Shown in pieces: positions 10,700-20,200 of a stretch of 64,000 bases of DNA. Under the pieces are notes generated by a model. It saw only the letters and a list, made by a program, of their open reading frames with translations. It made no database searches and had not been told where the DNA came from. The stretch's first letter is position 1, and each line of letters starts with the position of its first letter. This DNA is from an uncultured Verrucomicrobiae bacterium (GTDB lineage Bacteria; Verrucomicrobiota; Verrucomicrobiia; Limisphaerales; Palsa-1400), in contig CAVXRD010000003.1 of NCBI GenBank assembly GCA_963764165.1, positions 448,001 to 512,000 on the forward strand. The letters run 5' to 3'. A program made the translations under genes and the position numbers.

Positions 10700-11628
10700 G
10701 AACTTCAAACCTTCAGTCAGCAGACGCCAAGGAAATGCGCCGCCAGGGCGAACTGGGTTTCACCATGATTGAGATCGCCATGGCGATCGGTGTTATCGGT
10801 TTCGCCCTGGTGGCCATTATTGGCATTTTGCCGCGCGGGATGAATGTCCAGAAGGATGCCCGCGAAGATACGACCATTTCCCAGGACGCGCCCTATTTCA
10901 TGGATGCGATTCGGAACGGAATCCCGATTGGCGGCGCGTTTAATAGCAGGAATTATTACCCGGCCAATGGATTGGATTTTCTGACCAATTATGTGCAATC
11001 GATCACGTACACGGGATACAAGGATGGAGTCGCCACTTGGATCACGAATTGGTATGTATTTACCAACGGTGCGCAGATTATCGGGCTGCTTTGCGATCCG
11101 CAGAACAATTACAACAACGTCAATTTTGCCAGCAATTATTTCACGATGACGGCGACCGTCAGGGCGCTGGGCGGGCCGGCGATTTTGCAGCAAGGCGGGC
11201 CGAATAGCGGGATGAATAGCTTCATGGCTTTTACTTACAAGATGGAAGTGATGGTCATTCCGTATGGTTTTAATAACTATGTCGCGCCGGATTCGGTGGC
11301 TTTCAATAATTATGCCAGCAATTCTGAAGAAAATATCGTTCGATACAACCGTTGGCTTGCTACATATAATCAAGGGCCGGGTTACACTGCCCCAGCAGGC
11401 CTTGGCGGACCCATCCTAAACACGGCAACGGGCGCATTGGGCTACAACTTGTATACGCTCCGCCTTCGTTTTAGCTGGCCAGTAACGGCTACTGGAACTG
11501 TCGGGCCGGGACGGCAGACGTACAGCACGCTTGTGGCCGAGCCAATAACTTCGCTTATTGACGGCACGAACACACTTTGGTTCTTCCAACCGCAAACTTT
11601 TACCAACACGCCACCCGCGAATTTGTGA
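10696..11628 (+). CDS. prepilin-type protein, GspI/PilV-like (Verru_Chthon B-like)
   Basis: GFTMIEIAMAIGVIGFALVAIIGILPRG; ATGA overlap with the previous gene. Confidence 0.78.
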   Translation: MRTSNLQSADAKEMRRQGELGFTMIEIAMAIGVIGFALVAIIGILPRGMNVQKDAREDTTISQDAPYFMDAIRNGIPIGGAFNSRNYYPANGLDFLTNYVQSITYTGYKDGVATWITNWYVFTNGAQIIGLLCDPQNNYNNVNFASNYFTMTATVRALGGPAILQQGGPNSGMNSFMAFTYKMEVMVIPYGFNNYVAPDSVAFNNYASNSEENIVRYNRWLATYNQGPGYTAPAGLGGPILNTATGALGYNLYTLRLRFSWPVTATGTVGPGRQTYSTLVAEPITSLIDGTNTLWFFQPQTFTNTPPANL

Positions 11629-12560
11629 AAACTCTTTCATCCAACAAGACTTTCCCGCTCGCGCGACAGCGCATGGCGGCGCTGACCATTCTGGAAATGC
11701 TGGTGTCCACCGCGATGCTGGCCTTCATCGTGCTGGGATTGACGGCGATGCTGATCCAGACCCAGAAAGCCTTTAAGAGCGGCATCAAGCAGAACACCGT
11801 TTCCGACGCTGGACATACGGTGCTCGATATGATGACGAGCGACCTTCAACTGCTGGCGGATTCGGGCAATACCAACCCTTATGGCAACAGTGTCATCGTC
11901 AGCAGCTCAGGCAGCGCCTCTAATCCCAATTTCAATTTCTATTGGGGACTCCCTAGCAGTGGCATCATCAATTCCAACAACGGCGTGGCGATTCGGACCA
12001 ACGAATTGGACAATGTGTTCTTTCTTCAGCACACCAACACAACGTGGATTGGCGTCGGCTACGCGGTCAGCAATGTGCCGGGGGCGGATTTCGGCACATT
12101 GTATCGCTACGAGACCAATTGGACGGCCCTGGCTCCGGTTTTCACCAACGACCTTTTTTCCGCTTTCTTGACGAATCTAGCCCGCTCGAATTTCTCCAGC
12201 GCCTATTGGCACAAGATTGCCGACGGCGTGATTGATCTTCGCGTGACGCCGTATGACCAGAATGGGAACGAGCCCGATTACTACAATTACCGGAGCGGAG
12301 CCACTCTCCCGCCGGGGCCCAAGCATGGCACGTATTCTGTCTACCCGATTTATCCATGGCTGGAATCGACCAATTCTTCCACCAACACCCTGCCCTACGC
12401 GGTGGAACTGGAGCTTGCCATTTTGGAGCCGTCCACGCTTTCGCAGGCGCGCGCTTTTGCGTCGATTCCAACGGCGCTCACAGCGTTCCTTTCCAGCAAC
12501 GCCGCGCCGAACATGGAAGTCTTTCGCCAGCGCATAACGATTAACGCAGCCATCCGATGA
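11625..12560 (+). CDS. prepilin-type protein, GspJ/PilW-like (Verru_Chthon C-like)
   Basis: ALTILEMLVSTAMLAFIVLGL, LDMMTSDLQ, GTLYRY, LPYAVELELAIL; GTGA overlap with the previous gene. Confidence 0.76.
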   Translation: MKTLSSNKTFPLARQRMAALTILEMLVSTAMLAFIVLGLTAMLIQTQKAFKSGIKQNTVSDAGHTVLDMMTSDLQLLADSGNTNPYGNSVIVSSSGSASNPNFNFYWGLPSSGIINSNNGVAIRTNELDNVFFLQHTNTTWIGVGYAVSNVPGADFGTLYRYETNWTALAPVFTNDLFSAFLTNLARSNFSSAYWHKIADGVIDLRVTPYDQNGNEPDYYNYRSGATLPPGPKHGTYSVYPIYPWLESTNSSTNTLPYAVELELAILEPSTLSQARAFASIPTALTAFLSSNAAPNMEVFRQRITINAAIR

Positions 12561-15500
12561 AATCACACTCACAGCACACAGTCAGCGGCGCGGCCGATAA
12601 GAATTTAAAGGCAGGGACGCATCTGGGAAGCGGAAATCCCGCCCGAGGCGTCCGCGCTTACGGAGACAATCACGCGCAACCGGACGCCTCGGCGAGGCGT
12701 CCCTACCTCAAAAATGGACGCGATGGCGTGGCGCTGGTCATCACTTTGCTGATGCTTTCGGTCATCACGTTTCTGGCGGTTGCCTTTCTCTCCATGACCC
12801 AGCGAAATCGCGCTTCGATTGGCGCGGGATTGGATCAGACCAGCGCCCGAACGCTGGCGGACGCGGCCCAAGCGCGGGCGGAAGCGGAAATCATGGCCAA
12901 CATGCTCGCGCACGGTGATCCGTATTACTATGACTACATGGTGTCGCAATTCTATCGCGGCTCATCCAACAACGGCCCCACGATTGGCTCGTATGACCCG
13001 AACAACGCCAATTATGAGTATTTCCTTACCCAAGCAGGCGGTAATTACAACAGTTCGGCGCGAGGCGGCGCGGCCTGGGCGCAAAACATCGCCAATTTAT
13101 ATTACGATCCCTGCCCGCCCGTCTTCATCGTCACGAACCCGGCGCTGTATCCGGCCAACTCCGATTTTCGTTTCTGGGTGGATATCAATCGGAATGGAAG
13201 ATTTGAAACCAACGGGTTTATAACGAATATCTTGGACAATGGCAAGGCCAACACAAATTCTCTCTGGGCATATGGGGAGCCGGAATGGATTGGCATCTTG
13301 CGAGATCCGCTTCACCCGCACTCGAGCAGCAACCAGTTCATCGGACGCTATGCTTACATGGTTCTGCCAATCGGCAAGACGCTGGATTTGAATTATATTG
13401 GCAACTTTCTGAAAGGCCCATATATACAGAACTCATCTGGCCCTACGAACAACAGCGCCGCCTATGATTTTTATCCTGACGGATTCGCGCGGGATCAGGG
13501 TATCGGTTCATGGGAGTTGAATCTGGCTGGAGTATTCGAAGACCTTAACCAGTGGGCTTACGAGACACCCATGATCGGATCGTATCCCGGGAGCCTGATC
13601 AGAAGCTATAACCCATACACCTACAACCCGCCCGAGTTTGTCAGCGCGGTTGTGGTGAACCCGAATTCGGGATCAGCATTCTCGGACGCGCAGGCGATTA
13701 TTCACTACCGTTACGGCAACCCGTTTTACGGATTGGCCACCTTGCAACAAAATTTTCAATATTTCGGCAGCTCCAACTTTAGCTACGCGGGCTTCCAGTC
13801 CAATGTAATGGATCTGTATTGCCTAGCTTCTTCGCCAACCAACTATATCCCGGGCGGAAACGGAGTTGTGGGTAATTTCCCAGCCCAAACCCCTTTGAAT
13901 CCTTGGCCCGGCAGCTACCAAACAAATTTATTTTTCGACATCCAAGATCTCTTCGACCCGACAAAGACGTCTGCCTATTTCACCAACCGCTTATTATTGG
14001 CTTCGGAGCGGACGAATTCGTACGATCGTTACACCTTCCAACGACTTTTGACCGTTCTCGGGACAGGCTCGACTCCAGAGTATGGCGTTTGGATCAATAA
14101 TGATTATTTTGGCTACACCTATCCCACGATCAACCAATCGCTCCGCACGAAGGTCAACATCAACTTTGACAACTCGTCGCAAATCCGCAACCCTCGCGCG
14201 CCTTACGTTCTCATGCCCAATCCCACGAACTTGTATTCGTGGTCGCCGATTGGTTTCTTCACCAATGCGGCTGAATTGCTCCTGCGATCACAGACCTTTG
14301 GCTATAGCAATATCATCTTCCAGTCGCCGACTATGGCACAGAACGCGTCCAATCCCGTGATTTGGGCGCAGTTTGGCCTTACGAATATCCCGATTTACCG
14401 AACGAACCAGCCCGGCATTCGGTATAACGCCTCGGTACACCGGATGCTGCAATTGGCAGCCAATATTTACGACGCGACGGTCGATACTCATATAGCGTCA
14501 GCGTCTTTTGCAAAAGGGGGCACGCCGCCGCCTTTCCGATACCCCTCCGTATTCCGGCCCGTGTTCGGGCTCGGGACAAACGGCACTAACATAGGCATCA
14601 ATATCACAGGTTACGTGCAGATGAGTGGTTACAACGCTGCGGCGCAAATAATAACGAACGCTTATTACGATTTGCCGACGGCATATTCGATGTTGCTGCG
14701 GAATAGCACGCTGGGTTCGAACATCAACATCTGGGGAATCCCGTGGATCGTGGGTGCCAATAAAGGGCTGCCGCAGTTTTACCAGTATAGCTATGATTCA
14801 GGATTTATATATCAACGAAAGCTGCTTTTTCAAAGAGCCGCGGCAAATGCGTCCATTCCCAACACGAACGTCCCGCCGCAATACACCAATCAGTTTTACA
14901 CCATGTCGATGACAAACAACTTTGGGATGGATGCATTCAATCCGTATCCCACCCCATTCACCGGATCAATCGCAGAGGGCGGCGGCACGTCAGTCTACAT
15001 TTCCAATTTCATCACCATTACGATCACCAATAATTATAACAGCCAGATTCTCCCCATCTACATCACCAATGTCTACCCGCCGCTCAATCTGGCTACCAAG
15101 ACATTTCAATGGACAGGTTGGTCCGGCGGGAATGCCCAAAATGGATTCCAGACGTTCTTTAATTCGAACATGACAATCCTGCCCCCGTGCTATTATTCTG
15201 AGAGCCAGAAGGCGTTGGTTTTGCTCACCAATGGCTTCCTCGCGGGCGATCTCCAGCAAACCCATTGGCCAGTTTATAATTGGACGGTGAACATCACGAA
15301 TCATGTCGTGTATGCCCTGTTTGATGGTCCGCTGGCAAAAGGAGTTTTGTTGGATTATGTGAATCTCGGACCCTTTGGAAGCTCGCTTCCCATAGAGCAC
15401 ATCCTTGATACCGCTTCAGCATCAGGATCTCCGGGAGGCGCATTCGGTGGCGGGGGTAGCGGCGTATTAGGCGGCCTTTGGGTGAGAGGGAATGCAACCG

Positions 15501-16684
15501 ACGCTCCCAATTCTCCGGCTTCCCAGGGAATGCTGAACCAAATTCAACAGGGCATGACGAACGCGACGTATCAGAATGACATGAAGGGTGTTGCTGCTAA
15601 CAGCATCAATCTTCCCTACCATGCGGGCTTTTTCTTTGGTGATCCTGCTCCCGCCATTGCCGTGGTGACTAATATGCCTGTATTTGTCGCCAACGACCCA
15701 ATGGTGCATTATACCATCGACGACTTGATCAACCCTGGGATCGTGAGCTACGCAGCGTTGGCGCCTCCGCCGGTTCCCATGGTGACGAACACATTGGGCG
15801 TCGTAAATGCCACGCGTTATTTGCCTTGGGGAGCCAACGGCGTCAGCACGATTGGCAGCAACGACATGTTGTACAGGGATCCGTTAATGTTCAGCGCCAC
15901 GAACTGGGATTTCCCCACCAACAAATTTCCTGGCATAGGCTGGCTTGGCCGCGTTCACAGAGGCACGCCGTGGCAAACGATTTATCTAAAGGCGGATAAT
16001 CCCGCAAATTCGACCACTCCAACTAATCTGTGGGCTAGTTCGTGGGTGACCACTCCTTGGTTCGCTCCCGAGCATGCGCCGGAAACATATCCAACCAATG
16101 ATTGGAAGCTGCTGGATCTTTTCACCTGTGCGCCGAATGATGATGCTGTGCGAGGCCTCCTGTCGGTGAACCAAACCAACGTCGCCGCATGGGCGGCTCT
16201 GTATGCAGGAGTGATGGCTCCGACCAACAGCACGGACACGACGCAGATACTGCCGGGCGATGTATACAATCTCGTCGACGCCTCAGTGCCTAATACGATC
16301 AACGATTGGCGCGCCAATTACACCAATGGCGTCTTCCACCATATCGGCGAGATTCTCGGCGCACCGGCATTGACGACGCAATCGCCGTTCCTCGCCATGC
16401 ATAATGTGAGCGCTACCAGCGTCAACGATGAAATCGTGGAGCGCATTCCGCAGCAAACGATGGGGCTGGTGAAACTGGGCGAGCCGCAATTTGTCATCCT
16501 GTCGTGGGGGCAATCGCTGAAGCCGAAAGGGGCGCCATATTTGGGGAACGACGTCAATAAGGGCATTTACACGAACTACGAAATCACCGGCGAATTCGAG
16601 ACCCGCACCGTTTGCCATTTAGTTCACACCAACGGCTTGAAAATGGTGGTCGACAGCTTCAATGTTGAAAACGGCGGGAATTAA
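12557..16684 (+). CDS. giant GspK/PilX-like protein (Verru_Chthon A-like), 1375 aa
   Basis: G|VALVITLLMLSVITFLAVAF lacking Glu5, as in K/X subunits; KTLDLN, TKVNIN and GLLSVN motifs; C-terminal FVILSWGQ...RTV; ATGA overlap. Confidence 0.75.
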   Translation: MKSHSQHTVSGAADKNLKAGTHLGSGNPARGVRAYGDNHAQPDASARRPYLKNGRDGVALVITLLMLSVITFLAVAFLSMTQRNRASIGAGLDQTSARTLADAAQARAEAEIMANMLAHGDPYYYDYMVSQFYRGSSNNGPTIGSYDPNNANYEYFLTQAGGNYNSSARGGAAWAQNIANLYYDPCPPVFIVTNPALYPANSDFRFWVDINRNGRFETNGFITNILDNGKANTNSLWAYGEPEWIGILRDPLHPHSSSNQFIGRYAYMVLPIGKTLDLNYIGNFLKGPYIQNSSGPTNNSAAYDFYPDGFARDQGIGSWELNLAGVFEDLNQWAYETPMIGSYPGSLIRSYNPYTYNPPEFVSAVVVNPNSGSAFSDAQAIIHYRYGNPFYGLATLQQNFQYFGSSNFSYAGFQSNVMDLYCLASSPTNYIPGGNGVVGNFPAQTPLNPWPGSYQTNLFFDIQDLFDPTKTSAYFTNRLLLASERTNSYDRYTFQRLLTVLGTGSTPEYGVWINNDYFGYTYPTINQSLRTKVNINFDNSSQIRNPRAPYVLMPNPTNLYSWSPIGFFTNAAELLLRSQTFGYSNIIFQSPTMAQNASNPVIWAQFGLTNIPIYRTNQPGIRYNASVHRMLQLAANIYDATVDTHIASASFAKGGTPPPFRYPSVFRPVFGLGTNGTNIGINITGYVQMSGYNAAAQIITNAYYDLPTAYSMLLRNSTLGSNINIWGIPWIVGANKGLPQFYQYSYDSGFIYQRKLLFQRAAANASIPNTNVPPQYTNQFYTMSMTNNFGMDAFNPYPTPFTGSIAEGGGTSVYISNFITITITNNYNSQILPIYITNVYPPLNLATKTFQWTGWSGGNAQNGFQTFFNSNMTILPPCYYSESQKALVLLTNGFLAGDLQQTHWPVYNWTVNITNHVVYALFDGPLAKGVLLDYVNLGPFGSSLPIEHILDTASASGSPGGAFGGGGSGVLGGLWVRGNATDAPNSPASQGMLNQIQQGMTNATYQNDMKGVAANSINLPYHAGFFFGDPAPAIAVVTNMPVFVANDPMVHYTIDDLINPGIVSYAALAPPPVPMVTNTLGVVNATRYLPWGANGVSTIGSNDMLYRDPLMFSATNWDFPTNKFPGIGWLGRVHRGTPWQTIYLKADNPANSTTPTNLWASSWVTTPWFAPEHAPETYPTNDWKLLDLFTCAPNDDAVRGLLSVNQTNVAAWAALYAGVMAPTNSTDTTQILPGDVYNLVDASVPNTINDWRANYTNGVFHHIGEILGAPALTTQSPFLAMHNVSATSVNDEIVERIPQQTMGLVKLGEPQFVILSWGQSLKPKGAPYLGNDVNKGIYTNYEITGEFETRTVCHLVHTNGLKMVVDSFNVENGGN
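12610..12707. repeat. inverted REP-like doublet (family A) inside the coding leader of the GspK-like gene
   Basis: GGCAGGGACGC...CCGAGGCGTCCG and CGGACGCCTCGGCGAGGCGTCCCTACC; the right arm is identical to 51640-51666. Confidence 0.85.
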
Positions 16685-16760
16685 GCGGCTGCCGTCCGCC
16701 GCAACTGAACATGAGACCTGATTTTGCCGGAAAACCAAGAGGGGCGTGGTGTAATTTGAA

Positions 16761-16859
16761 GGTACGGACGCCTATGGGAAGCGGACCTTCCGCCCGAGGC
16801 GTCCGGGTTTGCGCACGAACGGAGCCTCACCCTGGACCCCTTGGCGAGGCGCATTCTAT
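16761..16859. repeat. degenerate REP-like doublet, family A
   Basis: GGTACGGACGCC...CCGAGGCGTCCG left arm; degenerate right arm GGACCCCTTGGCGAGGCG preceded by CCTCACCC as at 51632. Confidence 0.7.
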
Positions 16860-16863
16860 AAGA

Positions 16864-17077
16864 GATGCCGGAGGCATCGCAGCTTGTAGCCGGTGGTCGA
16901 GCGAAGCGATACCACCGGATAAAACGATGGGATTGATCCACCCCGGCAGGGGTGGCAGCCACGCTCCATGGCAGCGACGCTGGCATCCTTTCAGGATGCC
17001 TGGCAATTTGGGGGCATTTTACCGGTGGTATCGCTCCGCTCAACCACCGGCTACAAGCTTCCATCCCTGCCGGGATG
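16864..17077. mobile_element. ~215-bp non-coding multi-hairpin inverted-repeat element (MITE/REPIN-like)
   Basis: 38-bp arms 16881-16918 and 17022-17059 (2 mismatches), plus four small hairpins near 16864, 16938, 16982 and 17062. Confidence 0.7.
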
Positions 17078-17097
17078 CAGCCAAGCAAGTCCAATCG

Positions 17098-17140
17098 GGG
17101 CTCGATCGGAAGTTCCGCCTCCCGAGAGTCTCGCCCTGTC
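17098..17140 (-). repeat. composite REP-like palindrome, second copy of 7690-7732
   Basis: Reverse complement GACAGGGCGAGACTCTCGGGAGGCGGAACTTCCGATCGAGCCC. Confidence 0.7.
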
Positions 17141-17224
17141 GTTTGATGTCCCCGCGTCTTTCCGCTGGCAACAACGCTTTGGTACTGTTAGATTCCCACG
17201 CGTCTCAAGAATTTGGAGGAAATA

Positions 17225-20200
17225 ATGCGCTTTAAGTCGAGAACATGGTTACTGATCAGCCTGTTTTTTTTCACCGCGTCGTACTTGGTCTGGACTTACG
17301 CTGAGAAGGTCAGCGCAGCCCGCCGCGAGGCTGCCGCCGCCGCTTCCGCGCAAAAGCCGCCGACCGCCAAGCCTGCCGCGCCGCTGACCAAAGCCGCCGT
17401 GCCGCCCGCCCCCGCCAAGCCAAAATCTTACCGCCTGAGCAACACCCGCGCTACCGAGAAGCAATTAATGCTGAGCGACCACGCGATTCTGCTGCGCAAC
17501 GCCCTCATTGACACGGATCGCCCGCTGAAATTGAACATTCCCGATCACCTGAAGGCAAAGGGCGCCCCGGGCAGCTACATCGTGCAGTCTGACCGCGCCC
17601 TTGATCAACGATTCCGTGATCGCCTGGCCGCTGATGGGGTGAAATATGTTTCCTATATTCCCAACAATGCGGCGCTCGTCGAAGCCACACCTGAGCAGGC
17701 CAAACAGATGGCCAGCGACATCGAATTCCAAGCGGTGATTCCGTATGAGCCCTACTACAAATTGGCCAGTTCGTTGCTGCCTTCGGCGGTAAACCAGGAT
17801 CAAAACACATCGCTTGCCATCAACGTGACGGCGGTACCCGGCCAGACTGAGGCTGCCGTCGCCGCCTTAAAGAACTTGGGAGGTCAAATCATGGGTGAAG
17901 ACAAAGGGCCGTTCGGGACGACCATTTCCGCCATGATGCCAGCGCAAACGCTGGTGGCCGTGGCCCAGATGCCGCTGGCCCAGGAAATCGAACCGTACGC
18001 CCCGCGCCGCTTGCTCAATGATTTGACCCGCGTCACAATGGGCATTTCCTCCAACACGGCCTATACCTCGCCGAATTATCTGAATCTAAGCGGATCAAAC
18101 GTGACAGTGAACATGAACGACACGGGCGTTGATTCAACGCATCCAGATTTGATGGGCCGCGTTTTCGGAATGACCAATGACAACGCGTCCGGCCACGGCA
18201 CGCATGTCGCGGGTGTCATTATGGGCAGCGGCAAGGAGTCCAGCACGGTCACTGTTGTGGTGCCTGGGGAAACCAGCACGGGTGTGGGATTTCAAGGCAA
18301 GGCGACAAATGCCATGCTGTTTGTGCAAAAGCTTCCTTTGGCGGTCAGCACCACCCTGGACGATGCCTTCCGCGACGGCGGTTCGTTCTTTGATGACGCG
18401 ACACTGGCCAGAAATGCCTCAGCGAACCTCGGTGCGACCAATCTTATTTCCAACAATAGCTGGGGCTACGAAAACATTAATTATTACGACATGCACGCGG
18501 CCAGCTTCGATCAATACACGCGCGACGCCCAGCCCGGCCTGCCTGGCGAGCAGCCGCTGCTTTTCGTCTTTGCGGCAGGCGGCCAGGGCAGCGGCAATAC
18601 CGACGGCACTGGCGGCTCGCCAGGTTCGATTCTTTCGCCCGGAACGGCGAAAAACGTCATCACGGTCGGCGCCATGGACTCGGCCCGATTCATCACAAAC
18701 CAAGTCGCGGTCGATGACACGACGAACGACGTGTTTTACAGTTGGACGGATGCCGATAATTTAATCGCCTGGTTTTCCGGTTGCGGCAATGTCGGAGAAG
18801 GCATCGAAGGGATGTACGGCCGCTTCAAGCCGGACGTGGTTGCGCCGGGGATGTTCATTATTTCCTGCCGCGCGAGCACCTACATCGATCCCACCAACGA
18901 AACGTACGTTTCCAGTTATTATTTCCCAAACCAGTTCAATCTTTCGGACACGGCGGATTACTTTACGATCCCCCAGCTTCCCACGGATACCGAGGAGCTC
19001 ATTATTTCCGTGACCTCCAACGCGAATTCAACGGCGGCGATCACGAATTTGGCAATACTGGGGAACACGTACGACCCGCCGACGACGATCATTGGCACCA
19101 ACAACTATTTGGTGCTCACGACAAATTTGACAGACGGCCAGCAATGGTATTTCGGAATCACGAATGCTTACAAGGACCCGATTGCCTTCGATGTCACGTT
19201 CTACATCGTGGAGACAAACACCCTGGGAGAGCCTCCAAGCAATCCGTTGGAATATTTCAACGTCATCAGCAACATGAATCACCAGACGCTGGGCTCGAAT
19301 TACGTTTATCAATATGGCACCAGCCAGGCGGCGGGGGCGGTATCGGGCGTGCTGGCATTGATGCAGGACTTTCTGGAAAACCGAATGAAGCTGACCAATT
19401 ACAGCCCTGCCCTGCTGAAAGCGATGCTGATCAATGGTTCCCGCAGCATCGAGCAGCAGTATGACTTCAACCCCAATGTGCTTGGGGCAAATGAACAAGG
19501 CTGGGGCATGCCCAATATCACGACCTGCGTTCCGGCCACGCTGACAAATGCCAGCGCGCAATCGATGGTGCTGATTGATCAATCGGCCAGCAACTCCCTC
19601 GCCACCGGCCAATCCATTTCTTACACCGTGAATGCCGGTGATCCGAACGCGACAAACTTCCCGGTGCGTTTTTCGCTGGTTTGGACCGACCCCCCTGGTG
19701 ATCCAGCCGCCGGGATTGCGCTGGTCAATAATTTGGACTTGATCGTCACTGACAAATCCGGAACGAACATCTGGCTGGGCAACGATTTTTACAGCGGCGA
19801 TATTTACACAGAGGTCAACACCGGGGATGTGCCGGACATAATTAATAACGTCCAGAACATTTATCTCGACCCCGCCAGCACGAATTCGCAAATCCAATTC
19901 CCGCTGACGGTGACCGTCCTCGGCATGCGCGTCAATGTTAACGCGCCCACCACAGTATCAAATTTGATCGCGCAGGATTTCGCGCTGGTTATCTCCACCG
20001 ATGATCCGGTGGGAGCGCTGACCGTCACCAGCAATCCACCCACTTTCACGCCACCCGCCAACCTCTTCTCCCTGATCGGCAGGACAAACGCCGCTGGCGG
20101 ATCGCTGCTTTCGAGCAATGGGCTGGCGAATCTTTTCGCCTTCGCCCAAAGCAACTCCATTTTGGTGACTGTGGCCAATAGCGGCGTTCCCCTGCTCCAT

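Noticed and set aside
16681..17235. ORFs of 64-174 aa in the cassette-protease gap
   Set aside because: They are translations of palindromic repeats with no protein-like features.
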